The notes below the pieces were generated by a model. The model was not told the origin of the DNA and searched no databases. It saw only the letters and a program-made list of their open reading frames with translations. Both the position numbers and the translations under genes were made by a program. From an uncultured Gilliamella sp. (lineage in GTDB: Bacteria; Pseudomonadota; Gammaproteobacteria; Enterobacterales; Orbaceae): 64,000 bases of DNA. The stretch covers positions 27,773-91,772 of the forward strand of contig CAMLMY010000003.1 of NCBI GenBank assembly GCA_946481345.1, in the 5' to 3' direction. Below are positions 55,340 to 64,000 of the stretch, piece after piece (the stretch's first letter is position 1; every line of letters begins with the position of its first letter).

Positions 55340-57613
55340 TTAATTAAGTGTCTTTCTCACTTCTAAGGTTGCTTGAACTAGGTGTTCTAAGCTTTCAACT
55401 ACTTCTTTTTCACCGCGAGTTTTTAAACCACAGTCTGGATTAATCCACAATTTTTGGTTATCAATTTTGGCTAATAATTTTTCAATAGTTGCTTTGATTT
55501 CAGCTACTGGTGGTACGCGTGGTGAGTGGATGTCATACACACCAGGTCCCACTTCTGTTTTAAAGTTATTAGCTTTAAGCACATCAATTAATTGTAGATT
55601 TGAGCGTGATGCTTCAAATGAAATAACATCAGCATCCATCGCATCGATATCTTTAATGATGTCAGCAAATTCGCTATAACACATATGAGTATGAATTTGT
55701 GTATCAGCTTGTACTTTGCTGTGAACCAATCTAAACGCTGGAATTGCCCAATCTAGATATTCACTATTCCAATCAGCTTTACGTAATGGTAATTTTTCTT
55801 TTAATGCTGCTTCATCAATTTGAATGACTTTGATACCAGCCGCTTCAAGATCTAATACTTCATCACTGATCGCTAAACCAATTTGGAATACCGATTCTTT
55901 TTGTGAGATATCTTCACGAGGGAATGACCAGTTTAAGATAGTCACAGGGCCGGTTAACATGCCTTTAACTGGTTTATCAGTTAAACTTTGTGCATATTTT
56001 GAATATTCAACAGTAATTGGTTTTGAACGTGAAATATCACCCCAAACAATTGGTGGCTTAACGCAACGTGTACCATAAGATTGTACCCACGCTTTTTCAG
56101 TAAATACGAATCCGTTTAAGCTTTCACCGAAGTATTCCACCATGTCATTACGTTCAAATTCACCGTGAACTAATACATCAATACCGATCTCTTCTTGCAG
56201 TTTGATACATTCAGCAATTTTTTGTTTATTAAATTCGGTATATTCATTTAAACAAATTTCACCCTTTTTAAATTTAGCCCGATTTAAACGAACATCTGGG
56301 GTTTGTGGAAATGAACCAATAGTTGTAGTCGGTAATAATGGCAGATTAAAGGCTTTTTTCTGCTCAGCTTCACGCACTGAAAACTCAGGTAAACGAGTAA
56401 AATCAGACTCTTTTAATGCTGCTACTTTTTGACGAACTACTTGGTTAGCTCCTTCACGCTCACGGGTAAAGAGTGTTTGGTTCGCTTTATAAGCGGCATT
56501 ATTATCTGGATTTGCTTCATTAAGTAATTGGCCTAATTCAGCAAGCTCTTGTAGTTTTTCCTGAGCGAAAGCAAAATAAGCACGTTGTTGAATAGTTAAT
56601 TTAGTCTCATTTTGTAATGTATAAGGTACATGCAATAATGAGCATGAAGTATTCACCACAACGTTTGCAGCTTTTTGTTTAATTTTAGCTAATAAAGTTA
56701 AAGTTTTTTTGTAATCATTTTTCCAAATATTTTTACCATTAACGACACCTGCAAATAATACTTTTTCAGCAGGGAAGCCATTATTTTCAAGTAAGGCTAA
56801 AGTTTGTTTACCTTCAACAAAATCAAGACCAACACCATCAAAAGGTAATGCAACAAGTTCTTTATAACAGTCACGTACATCACCAAAATAAGTTTGTAAT
56901 ACGACTTTAGTTTTACCTTTAACAGATAAAATAGCTTGATAAATTTCGTTAAATAACTCGATATCTTGTTGAGTAAGATCTGTCACTAAAATTGGTTCGT
57001 CAATTTGAATCCAATCAGCGCCAAGATCAGTGAATTTTTGAATGATTTCTTGATAAACTTTAATAATATCAGCTTTAAAATCAACTAATTGCTTACTACC
57101 TAAGTATTGAGCTAATTTGAAAAAGGTTAAAGCACCAATGACAACAGGTTTAGTTTGAATGCCGAGTTCTTTTGCTTCTTGGTATTCATCAAATGGTTTG
57201 CTACTGGCAATTTTTATTTCTAGTGAATCTTCGATTTCAGGCACAAGATAGTGATAATTGGTATTGAACCATTTTTTCATAGCTAATGCGCGAACATCAC
57301 CTTTATCGCCTTGATAACCACGAGCCATAGCAAAATAACGATCGAGTTCAGGTAAACCTAAATCTTGATAACGTTTTGGTACAACATTTAGTAAACATGC
57401 TGTGTCGAGAACTGCATCATAAAATGAGAAGTCATTTGATGATATAAATGCTATTTTTTGAGCAGCTTGTTGATTTAAATGTTCTGCACGTAGCGCTTTT
57501 GCTTCACTTAATAGTTCAGCTTGAGTTTTGTTTCCTTTAAAATAAGCTTCGGTAGCAAATTTTAATTCACGAAGCTTACCAACACGTGGATATCCAATAA
57601 CAGCAGTATTCAT
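55340..57613 (-). CDS. metE: Cobalamin-independent methionine synthase
   Basis: [42 protein letters not shown]. Confidence 0.98.
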   Translation of the reverse strand: MNTAVIGYPRVGKLRELKFATEAYFKGNKTQAELLSEAKALRAEHLNQQAAQKIAFISSNDFSFYDAVLDTACLLNVVPKRYQDLGLPELDRYFAMARGYQGDKGDVRALAMKKWFNTNYHYLVPEIEDSLEIKIASSKPFDEYQEAKELGIQTKPVVIGALTFFKLAQYLGSKQLVDFKADIIKVYQEIIQKFTDLGADWIQIDEPILVTDLTQQDIELFNEIYQAILSVKGKTKVVLQTYFGDVRDCYKELVALPFDGVGLDFVEGKQTLALLENNGFPAEKVLFAGVVNGKNIWKNDYKKTLTLLAKIKQKAANVVVNTSCSLLHVPYTLQNETKLTIQQRAYFAFAQEKLQELAELGQLLNEANPDNNAAYKANQTLFTREREGANQVVRQKVAALKESDFTRLPEFSVREAEQKKAFNLPLLPTTTIGSFPQTPDVRLNRAKFKKGEICLNEYTEFNKQKIAECIKLQEEIGIDVLVHGEFERNDMVEYFGESLNGFVFTEKAWVQSYGTRCVKPPIVWGDISRSKPITVEYSKYAQSLTDKPVKGMLTGPVTILNWSFPREDISQKESVFQIGLAISDEVLDLEAAGIKVIQIDEAALKEKLPLRKADWNSEYLDWAIPAFRLVHSKVQADTQIHTHMCYSEFADIIKDIDAMDADVISFEASRSNLQLIDVLKANNFKTEVGPGVYDIHSPRVPPVAEIKATIEKLLAKIDNQKLWINPDCGLKTRGEKEVVESLEHLVQATLEVRKTLN

Positions 57614-57686
57614 TTTATTTTCCTTTCATTTCATCGCAGTTCTTTAGTAGATAAAAAGATAACAAAAAAAATTGTTATTGAATAAT

Positions 57687-57723
57687 TATAGTTTTTTATG
57701 GATTGATATAGTTTTTAACTATA
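57687..57723. promoter_or_regulatory. Streptococcal-type Met box (MtaR/MetR LysR site) upstream of metE
   Basis: Palindrome TATAGTT-TTT-AACTATA (57707-57723) plus a weaker adjacent TATAGTTTTTTATGGAT (57687-57703). Confidence 0.7.
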
Positions 57724-57809
57724 ACAAAATAATCTAGCATTTTTATCTAAATTAAAATTAGATATATTTATTTAATAACGGCATATAAGATAATAATAAA
57801 TTTTAGAAC

Positions 57810-58184
57810 ATGATCAATAATAGTTACTATGTGTATTATTCTTTATTTAATTTACTTTCTTGAACTTACATTGATCTGTCCATCATAGGTAATGACCATC
57901 TTGGTGTTGTGACTGCTCAGTCGATTTTGAACTTTTTTATTATCGTTTTTTTCTTTTTTAACTGTAATGTCAATATTCTGTATTACCTATTTAAGTCACG
58001 TAAACATTGGTTTGATTATCTTGCGGTTGGCTTATTGTATGCGGTTATTATTTTTATTCCGGTAAACAATTTCATGGTGGAAAAGACAAAGGAAGCTCGT
58101 CAATCACACTGGCTTGAGCGACAACTTAGTGATATAAAGGCGGAAAGAGTAGAGAAGATTAATCTAAATATTTTACAAATATGA
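57810..58184 (+). pseudogene. Small membrane protein gene with in-frame TGA at 57861-57863 (alternatively a 91-aa ORF from GTG 57909)
   Basis: ATG 57810 is in frame with ORF 57909-58184: MINNSYYVYYSLFNLLS*TYIDLSIIGNDHLGVVTAQSILNFF... Confidence 0.4.
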
Positions 58185-58213
58185 TTAATAATTAATTTAT
58201 ATAGTTAAGATTC

Positions 58214-58249
58214 AAAACCCTCCTATCTTGATTGGGATAGAAGGGGAGC
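58214..58249 (-). terminator. Terminator after the DUF1440 gene
   Basis: Minus strand CCCTTCTATC...GATAGGAGGGTTTT. Confidence 0.65.
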
Positions 58250-58258
58250 AAACAATAT

Positions 58259-58810
58259 TTATTTTTGCCATTCGCCTCGGATTGGTCTGGAAAAGTGCGC
58301 TAGAACTGCAATCATACAGATCTCGATAGAAACACCCCAATAAATATGGCCTAGAATTTCACTCCATAATTCATAGCCATTTAAATTCCACAACCAACCA
58401 ATTGTTCCTTCTGGTGCGTAAGCAGGATGGCGGAAACCTAATAAAGGAATTAAAAATCCGTGCATGACAACGGTAATAATTAGACCATAAAACGCCCCAT
58501 ACCAAAGGCGGATTTTATTCCAAAAATAAGCAATAAATACATAAACAAAAGCAAAAGCGAAACTGAATAACCAGTGATAAAGAGTGACTGCACCCAAAAC
58601 ATTGGTTCCTTGATAAATATAATCAAGCGAGTGAGAATTGATGCCTAACCAACCAAGCCAAGCATCAATATGTGCCGCTGGTGGCGAAATTTCACCAGGA
58701 ACTCGAGGAGGCATATTAACTTCAGATCCCCACTTTACTAATGAACTTATAAAACCACCAATAATTGTTGTCCAGATGATAATTTGACGATTTGTTTTAT
58801 TTCCAAACAT
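58259..58810 (-). CDS. DUF1440/YagU-family inner membrane protein
   Basis: SSLVKWGSEVNMPPR, HWLFS, SEILGHIYW. Confidence 0.85.
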   Translation of the reverse strand: MFGNKTNRQIIIWTTIIGGFISSLVKWGSEVNMPPRVPGEISPPAAHIDAWLGWLGINSHSLDYIYQGTNVLGAVTLYHWLFSFAFAFVYVFIAYFWNKIRLWYGAFYGLIITVVMHGFLIPLLGFRHPAYAPEGTIGWLWNLNGYELWSEILGHIYWGVSIEICMIAVLAHFSRPIRGEWQK

Positions 58811-59109
58811 GTGACTTATTCCTTACTATATTAAATAGATTTTCAAACGAGAATAGACAATAATTTAGATCAGTTTACTGCCACTTAACACTGCTGATTG
58901 TTTTATAAAATAATCGGTTACCTAAAACGATATTATTTAGTTTTTTGATAATGATTTGGGATGGACTTCTGTATCTTTAATCAGTCATAATAGGCATAGC
59001 CATACCTATATAAACTAATCTTGAATAAATAATATACACGCTTAAATATAAATAATACACATTATCATCATAATTTTTAAAAATAACCATAAATGAGTTG
59101 TTATTAATT

Positions 59110-59128
59110 GATAATGATTCTCATTATC
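59110..59128. promoter_or_regulatory. Fur box upstream of mntH
   Basis: GATAATGATTCTCATTATC, 17/19 match to consensus GATAATGATAATCATTATC. Confidence 0.9.
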
Positions 59129-59166
59129 ATGTATAATGCCGATATATCCATTTAGAGGTTTTAATT

Positions 59167-60519
59167 ATGTTAAAAATATCTACAGTAAGTCTTGAAGAGA
59201 TTAATAATACGGTTCATATTCCCAACCCTAATGCTGGTTTTTTTCGCAAACTGTGGGCTTTTTCTGGACCAGGGGCTTTAGTTGCTGTTGGTTATATGGA
59301 TCCTGGGAATTGGATAACCTCAATTCAAGGTGGGGCTCTTTATAGTTATTTACTATTATCAGTAATATTAATTTCTAGCCTGATAGCCATGTTGTTACAA
59401 GCGATGTGTGTAAAAATAGGCATCGTTACAGGCATGGATCTTGCTCAAGCAACTAAATCGATGGTTGGTAGAAAAGTGGCTTTTTGTTTATGGATATCCA
59501 CTGAATTAGCTATTATTGCCACAGAAATTGCAGAAGTAATTGGTAGTGCTGTTGCCTTAAACCTATTATTTGATATTCCATTATTAATTGGGGTTTTATT
59601 AACGGTATTTGATGTGGTTATTTTGTTAATTCTAATGCGTTTTGGTTTTAGAAAAATAGAAGCTATCGTTTTTTGTTTAATTGCGACAATATTTATTATC
59701 TTCACTTATGAAGTGTTAAGGGCATCTCCAGAATTCAGTGACATTATAAATGGTTTTATTCCTCGAACAGATATTTTTACTGCCTCAATCAAAGGCCATG
59801 ATTCAGCATTGGTTATTGCGCTGGGCATTGTTGGTGCAACTGTTATGCCACATAATTTATATCTACACTCTTCTATCGTTCAAACCAGAAAATATGACAG
59901 AAAGAATCGAACTAGTCTAAAAGATGCAATTAAATATGCCACCATTGATTCCAATATACAGTTATCCTTTTCGTTCATCATCAATTGTCTATTATTGATT
60001 CTTGGTGCTGCCCTTTTTTATGGCAATAATCCCGATGATCTTGGTCGATTTACACAGCTATATGATGCTTTGAAAGACCCACATATGGTGGGGCCAGTAG
60101 CGAGTTCAGTTATGGCTACTTTATTTGCTGTGGCATTACTGGCATCCGGTCAAAATGCAACAATTACGGGTACATTGACAGGGCAAATCGTTATGGAGGG
60201 ATTTATCAATTTATCGATTCCTCTTTGGGCAAGACGAATAATTAGTCGTGGATTGGCGGTGGCTCCGGTTATTTTATGTATTTATATTTGGGGAGATAAA
60301 GAAAATATTGTCGAAAATTTATTAATTTATACTCAAGTATTTTTGAGCATCGCTTTACCGATATCCATGGTGCCTTTAATTTGGGTCACTTCAAATAAAA
60401 AAATTATGCAGGAGTTTGTTAACAGTAAGTTAACCATTATTTTAGGCTGGATAGCAACTATTTCGTTAGTGATATTAAATTTACAACTAATTTATGAAGT
60501 GATTAGTTCATTATATTAA
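59167..60519 (+). CDS. mntH: Nramp-family Mn2+/Fe2+ transporter
   Basis: VAVGYMDPGNW, GATVMPHNLYLHS, ASGQNATITGTLTGQ. Confidence 0.96.
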   Translation: MLKISTVSLEEINNTVHIPNPNAGFFRKLWAFSGPGALVAVGYMDPGNWITSIQGGALYSYLLLSVILISSLIAMLLQAMCVKIGIVTGMDLAQATKSMVGRKVAFCLWISTELAIIATEIAEVIGSAVALNLLFDIPLLIGVLLTVFDVVILLILMRFGFRKIEAIVFCLIATIFIIFTYEVLRASPEFSDIINGFIPRTDIFTASIKGHDSALVIALGIVGATVMPHNLYLHSSIVQTRKYDRKNRTSLKDAIKYATIDSNIQLSFSFIINCLLLILGAALFYGNNPDDLGRFTQLYDALKDPHMVGPVASSVMATLFAVALLASGQNATITGTLTGQIVMEGFINLSIPLWARRIISRGLAVAPVILCIYIWGDKENIVENLLIYTQVFLSIALPISMVPLIWVTSNKKIMQEFVNSKLTIILGWIATISLVILNLQLIYEVISSLY

Positions 60520-60727
60520 CTAATTATATATCAACTAATGATTGCTCAAAACCATTGATTCAGTTGTTATCAATGGTTTATATTTTTTCTTATCAATTGA
60601 TGACACACCTTTATTGATTTGCTCAGTTATTAAGCAAAAGGATCCGTTTTAAAAGCTAGGTAAAATCTAGATAGCAACGTAATTCTAGTTAAAATAATAA
60701 AATTAAATCGTAATTTTATTTAAAAAG

Positions 60728-60743
60728 CTGTATTTATTTACAG
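60728..60743. promoter_or_regulatory. LexA (SOS) box upstream of recN
   Basis: CTGT-ATTTATTT-ACAG. Confidence 0.88.
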
Positions 60744-60802
60744 TGTTTTTGTTGGTATACTCGTACTAATTTTAATCAGCTGCATGTGTTTATTTAATTA
60801 TT

Positions 60803-62464
60803 ATGATAACTCAACTTACTATTAATAATTTTGCTATTGTCGATCAGTTGTTAGTTGATTTTACAACAGGGATGACCGCAATTACAGGGGAAACTGGGGC
60901 CGGTAAATCGATTGCGATTGATGCTTTAGGACTATGTTTAGGTAATCGTTCAGATGCCTCTGCCATTCGTAATGGTGCAGAACGAGTAGATATTTCAGCT
61001 AGTTTTGTCCTTGATGACACGCCAGCGGCATATGCATGGTTAACTGAAAATCAACTTGATGAAGGTAATGACTGTATTTTACGACGAGTTATCAATCAAG
61101 ATGGGCGTTCTAAAGCATTTATTAATGGGCGAGCTGTACCAATTTCACAATTAAAAGATTTAGGACAAATGCTAATTCAAATTCATGGCCAACATGAACA
61201 TCAGCGTTTGTTAAAAAGTGATTATCAACAAATATTACTTAATCACTATATGCATGAACCGAACTTATTATCGCAAATGCAACAGGCCTATAAGCAATGG
61301 AAAACGGCTAGCCAAGCTTATCAACAATATCAATCCTCAAAACAAGAGCGCGATGCACATGTTCAGTTATTGCAATATCAGTTAAAAGAGTTAAATGAAT
61401 TTTCGCCGATTGAAGGGGAATATCAACAAATTGATGAAGAATATAAAAAGTTAGCCAATAGTGAACAGCTAATTAGTCTTAGCCAAGAATCGATAATGTT
61501 ACTCGACGAAGCCGATGAGTACAATGTGAGTAATATGCTTAATAGTGTTAAACATATTATTAATGATTTAGCCGGATTAGATCCATCTTTAAATAATGTT
61601 TCAGCAATGCTAGAAGAAGCTACTATTCAAATTAAAGAAGCTTGCTATGAATTACGTCATTATAGTGAAAGTTTAGAGTTGGATCCGGCAAGAGTGATGC
61701 AACTTGAACAACGCTTATCGAAACAGATTGCTTTGGCACGTAAGCACCATGTGTCACCGGAATCGTTACCTGAATTACATCAGAGTTTACTTAATGAATT
61801 TAAACAGATTAATCAGCAAGATGAACAAGGTGAACAGTTAAAAGAGCAGATCAAAAAATATCAACAAATTGCTGTAGAATTAGCAACTAAATTACACCAA
61901 AAACGCTTAACAGCTAGCAAAACACTAGCTAAAAAAGTATCGGCTACTATGCATGAACTATCTATGCCAAATGGTAATTTCAGTATTGATATAACATTCG
62001 ATGAAAACCGCTTGAATGAAGATGGTGCAGATCAGGTGTCCTTTTTAGTTAGTACCAATGCAGGACAAATTGCACAACCTTTAGCAAAAGTCGCATCTGG
62101 CGGTGAATTATCTCGTATTGCTTTGGCTATACAAGTTTTAACAGCGCAAAAAATGGATACACCGGCACTGATTTTTGATGAAATTGATGTTGGTATTAGC
62201 GGACCTACTGCCGCTAAGGTGGGACAGTTATTAAGACAACTAGGTGAATCAACTCAAGTTATTACTGTGACACATTTGCCACAAGTAGCGGGTCAAGCTA
62301 ATCAACATTACTTTGTAAGTAAACAAACCAATGGCAAACAGACAGCGACTGATATGCAAAGATTAGATAAAAATGGTCGCTTAAATGAGTTAGCTAGGTT
62401 ATTGGGCGGCGATAAAATTACAGATGCGACATTAGCCAATGCGAAAGAGTTACTTATTATCTAA
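60803..62464 (+). CDS. recN: DNA repair protein RecN
   Basis: [38 protein letters not shown]. Confidence 0.98.
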   Translation: MITQLTINNFAIVDQLLVDFTTGMTAITGETGAGKSIAIDALGLCLGNRSDASAIRNGAERVDISASFVLDDTPAAYAWLTENQLDEGNDCILRRVINQDGRSKAFINGRAVPISQLKDLGQMLIQIHGQHEHQRLLKSDYQQILLNHYMHEPNLLSQMQQAYKQWKTASQAYQQYQSSKQERDAHVQLLQYQLKELNEFSPIEGEYQQIDEEYKKLANSEQLISLSQESIMLLDEADEYNVSNMLNSVKHIINDLAGLDPSLNNVSAMLEEATIQIKEACYELRHYSESLELDPARVMQLEQRLSKQIALARKHHVSPESLPELHQSLLNEFKQINQQDEQGEQLKEQIKKYQQIAVELATKLHQKRLTASKTLAKKVSATMHELSMPNGNFSIDITFDENRLNEDGADQVSFLVSTNAGQIAQPLAKVASGGELSRIALAIQVLTAQKMDTPALIFDEIDVGISGPTAAKVGQLLRQLGESTQVITVTHLPQVAGQANQHYFVSKQTNGKQTATDMQRLDKNGRLNELARLLGGDKITDATLANAKELLII

Positions 62465-62517
62465 TTTAATTATGGTAATATAACGACTTTAATTTTGGAC
62501 TGAGGATAGCTAGAATT

Positions 62518-63744
62518 ATGAGCTTATCTGGTAAAAATATTTTATTAGGCATAACGGGTGGCATTGCTGCTTATAAATGTCCAGATCTTGTCCGCCATTT
62601 AAAAAAGGCTGGTGCACAAGTACGAGTTGTGTTGACTGAGTCCGCTAGCCATTTTGTCGCACCAATGACTTTACAAGCGGTGTCTGGTAATGCAGTTTCA
62701 AAAGAGTTATTCGATCCTACTGCTGAACTCTCAATGAGCCATATTGAATTAGCTAAATGGGCTGATTTAGTATTAATTGCTCCGGCTACAGCGAATATCA
62801 TTGCTAAAATGGCAAATGGTATTGCCGATGACCTGCTATCGACGATTTGCCTTGCAACGCCAGCCAAAATTGTCATCGCACCAGCGATGAATCAACAGAT
62901 GTATAAAGCTGCCGCAACGCAGCAAAATTTAGCGACATTAGAATCACGCAATACATTAGTTTTAGGTCCAGATGAGGGTTTTCAAGCGTGTGGTGACATT
63001 GGTCCTGGCCGCATGGTTGAACCGAAAACTATCGTTGAAAATATTAATAACTATTTTTTAGCTAATTTTGAACTCGCGGGAACCACCATTACCGTCACAG
63101 CTGGTCCTACCATTGAAGAGCTTGATCCAGTCCGTTATATCAGTAATTATAGTTCTGGTAAAATGGGTTTTGCCATTGCAAAAGCGGCGGCCGAAATGGG
63201 GGCAACAGTAAACTTAATTAGTGGTCCAGTTAATTTAACAACACCTAACAATGTTAATCGCATTAATGTAAAAAGTGCTAAACAGATGTATGATGAAGCA
63301 TTGGTTTTGGCAGAAAAATCTGCAATTTTTATCTCTTGTGCGGCTGTTGCCGATTATCGAGCAGAGACTATTGCTAAAAATAAAATTAAAAAAACTGATG
63401 ATAGCAATGAACTTGTGATTAAATTAGTTAAAAATCCGGATATTGTTGCCAGTATAGCTGGATTAAAAGAACACCGTCCATTTGTCGTTGGTTTTGCCGC
63501 TGAAACGAATGATGTAAAGACCTATGCCCTTAAAAAATTAACTACAAAAAATTTAGATCTGATTTGTGCTAATGATGTATCGGACCATAATATAGGTTTT
63601 AACTCTGATCAAAATGCATTAACACTTTATTGGCAAAATGGCGAACAAACGTTACCATTAAGCAGTAAACAACAATTAGCAAAACAGTTACTTCAAGCAG
63701 TTATAACACGATATAAAGCGAGTCATGATGAAAAGAAAAATTGA
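62518..63744 (+). CDS. coaBC: Phosphopantothenoylcysteine decarboxylase/ligase
   Basis: [33 protein letters not shown]. Confidence 0.97.
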   Translation: MSLSGKNILLGITGGIAAYKCPDLVRHLKKAGAQVRVVLTESASHFVAPMTLQAVSGNAVSKELFDPTAELSMSHIELAKWADLVLIAPATANIIAKMANGIADDLLSTICLATPAKIVIAPAMNQQMYKAAATQQNLATLESRNTLVLGPDEGFQACGDIGPGRMVEPKTIVENINNYFLANFELAGTTITVTAGPTIEELDPVRYISNYSSGKMGFAIAKAAAEMGATVNLISGPVNLTTPNNVNRINVKSAKQMYDEALVLAEKSAIFISCAAVADYRAETIAKNKIKKTDDSNELVIKLVKNPDIVASIAGLKEHRPFVVGFAAETNDVKTYALKKLTTKNLDLICANDVSDHNIGFNSDQNALTLYWQNGEQTLPLSSKQQLAKQLLQAVITRYKASHDEKKN

Positions 63745-64000
63745 TATTAAAGTATTAGATAGACGTTTAGGTAATGAGTTTCCACTGCCAACTTATGCAA
63801 CCGAAGGTTCAGCAGGTATCGATTTAAGAGCAATGTTTGATAAAACTACCGAAATCAAACCAGGCGAAACGATTTTAACTCCAACTGGTTTATCTATGCA
63901 TATTGCTGATCCTAGCTTAGCTGCATTAGTGTTACCTCGTTCAGGACTTGGTTCAAAAAATGGTATTGTTCTTGGTAATTTAGTTGGTTTAATTGATTCT
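63725..64000 (+). CDS. dut: dUTP pyrophosphatase (partial, runs off the window)
   Basis: [12 protein letters not shown]...[15 protein letters not shown]...LPRSGLG...GNLVGLIDS; overlaps the end of coaBC. Confidence 0.95.
   Translation, partial: MMKRKIDIKVLDRRLGNEFPLPTYATEGSAGIDLRAMFDKTTEIKPGETILTPTGLSMHIADPSLAALVLPRSGLGSKNGIVLGNLVGLIDS

Noticed and set aside
57614-57800. SAM or T-box riboswitch upstream of metE
   Set aside because: The leader is almost entirely A/T, with no stable structure or riboswitch consensus.

Overview
AT-rich gammaproteobacterial chromosomal segment. Gene content, codon style and gene order suggest Orbaceae (Gilliamella-like insect/bee-gut symbiont); this is an inference. 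Most of the window is housekeeping: fxsA-groES-groEL, rlmN-pilW, asd, nagE/nagBAC, fkpA-tusDC, fabZ-lpxA-lpxB-rnhB, ndh, menA-rraA, dprA/def, grpE/nadK, pgpA, argF/carAB, recN, coaBC-dut. Three tRNA loci each border accessory DNA. (1) 3' of tRNA-Phe: a Type III restriction-modification pair whose Mod resembles phage P1 EcoP1I, preceded by an unannotated decayed ArdA-like antirestriction gene. (2) 3' of tRNA-His/tRNA-Pro: a 166-bp RtT-like tandem repeat that duplicates the tRNA 3' end, then a mannose-family PTS cluster with two GntR regulators and two SIS deglycases (gfr-like, Amadori-compound use), then an exported prolyl oligopeptidase. (3) 3' of tRNA-fMet: a Firmicute-like metE-metF pair that still carries a streptococcal-type Met box, a nonsense-disrupted membrane gene, DUF1440 and a Fur-boxed mntH. 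No CRISPR array, rRNA, integrase or IS was seen. Family assignments come from motif recognition and recalled reference sequences, not from database searches.
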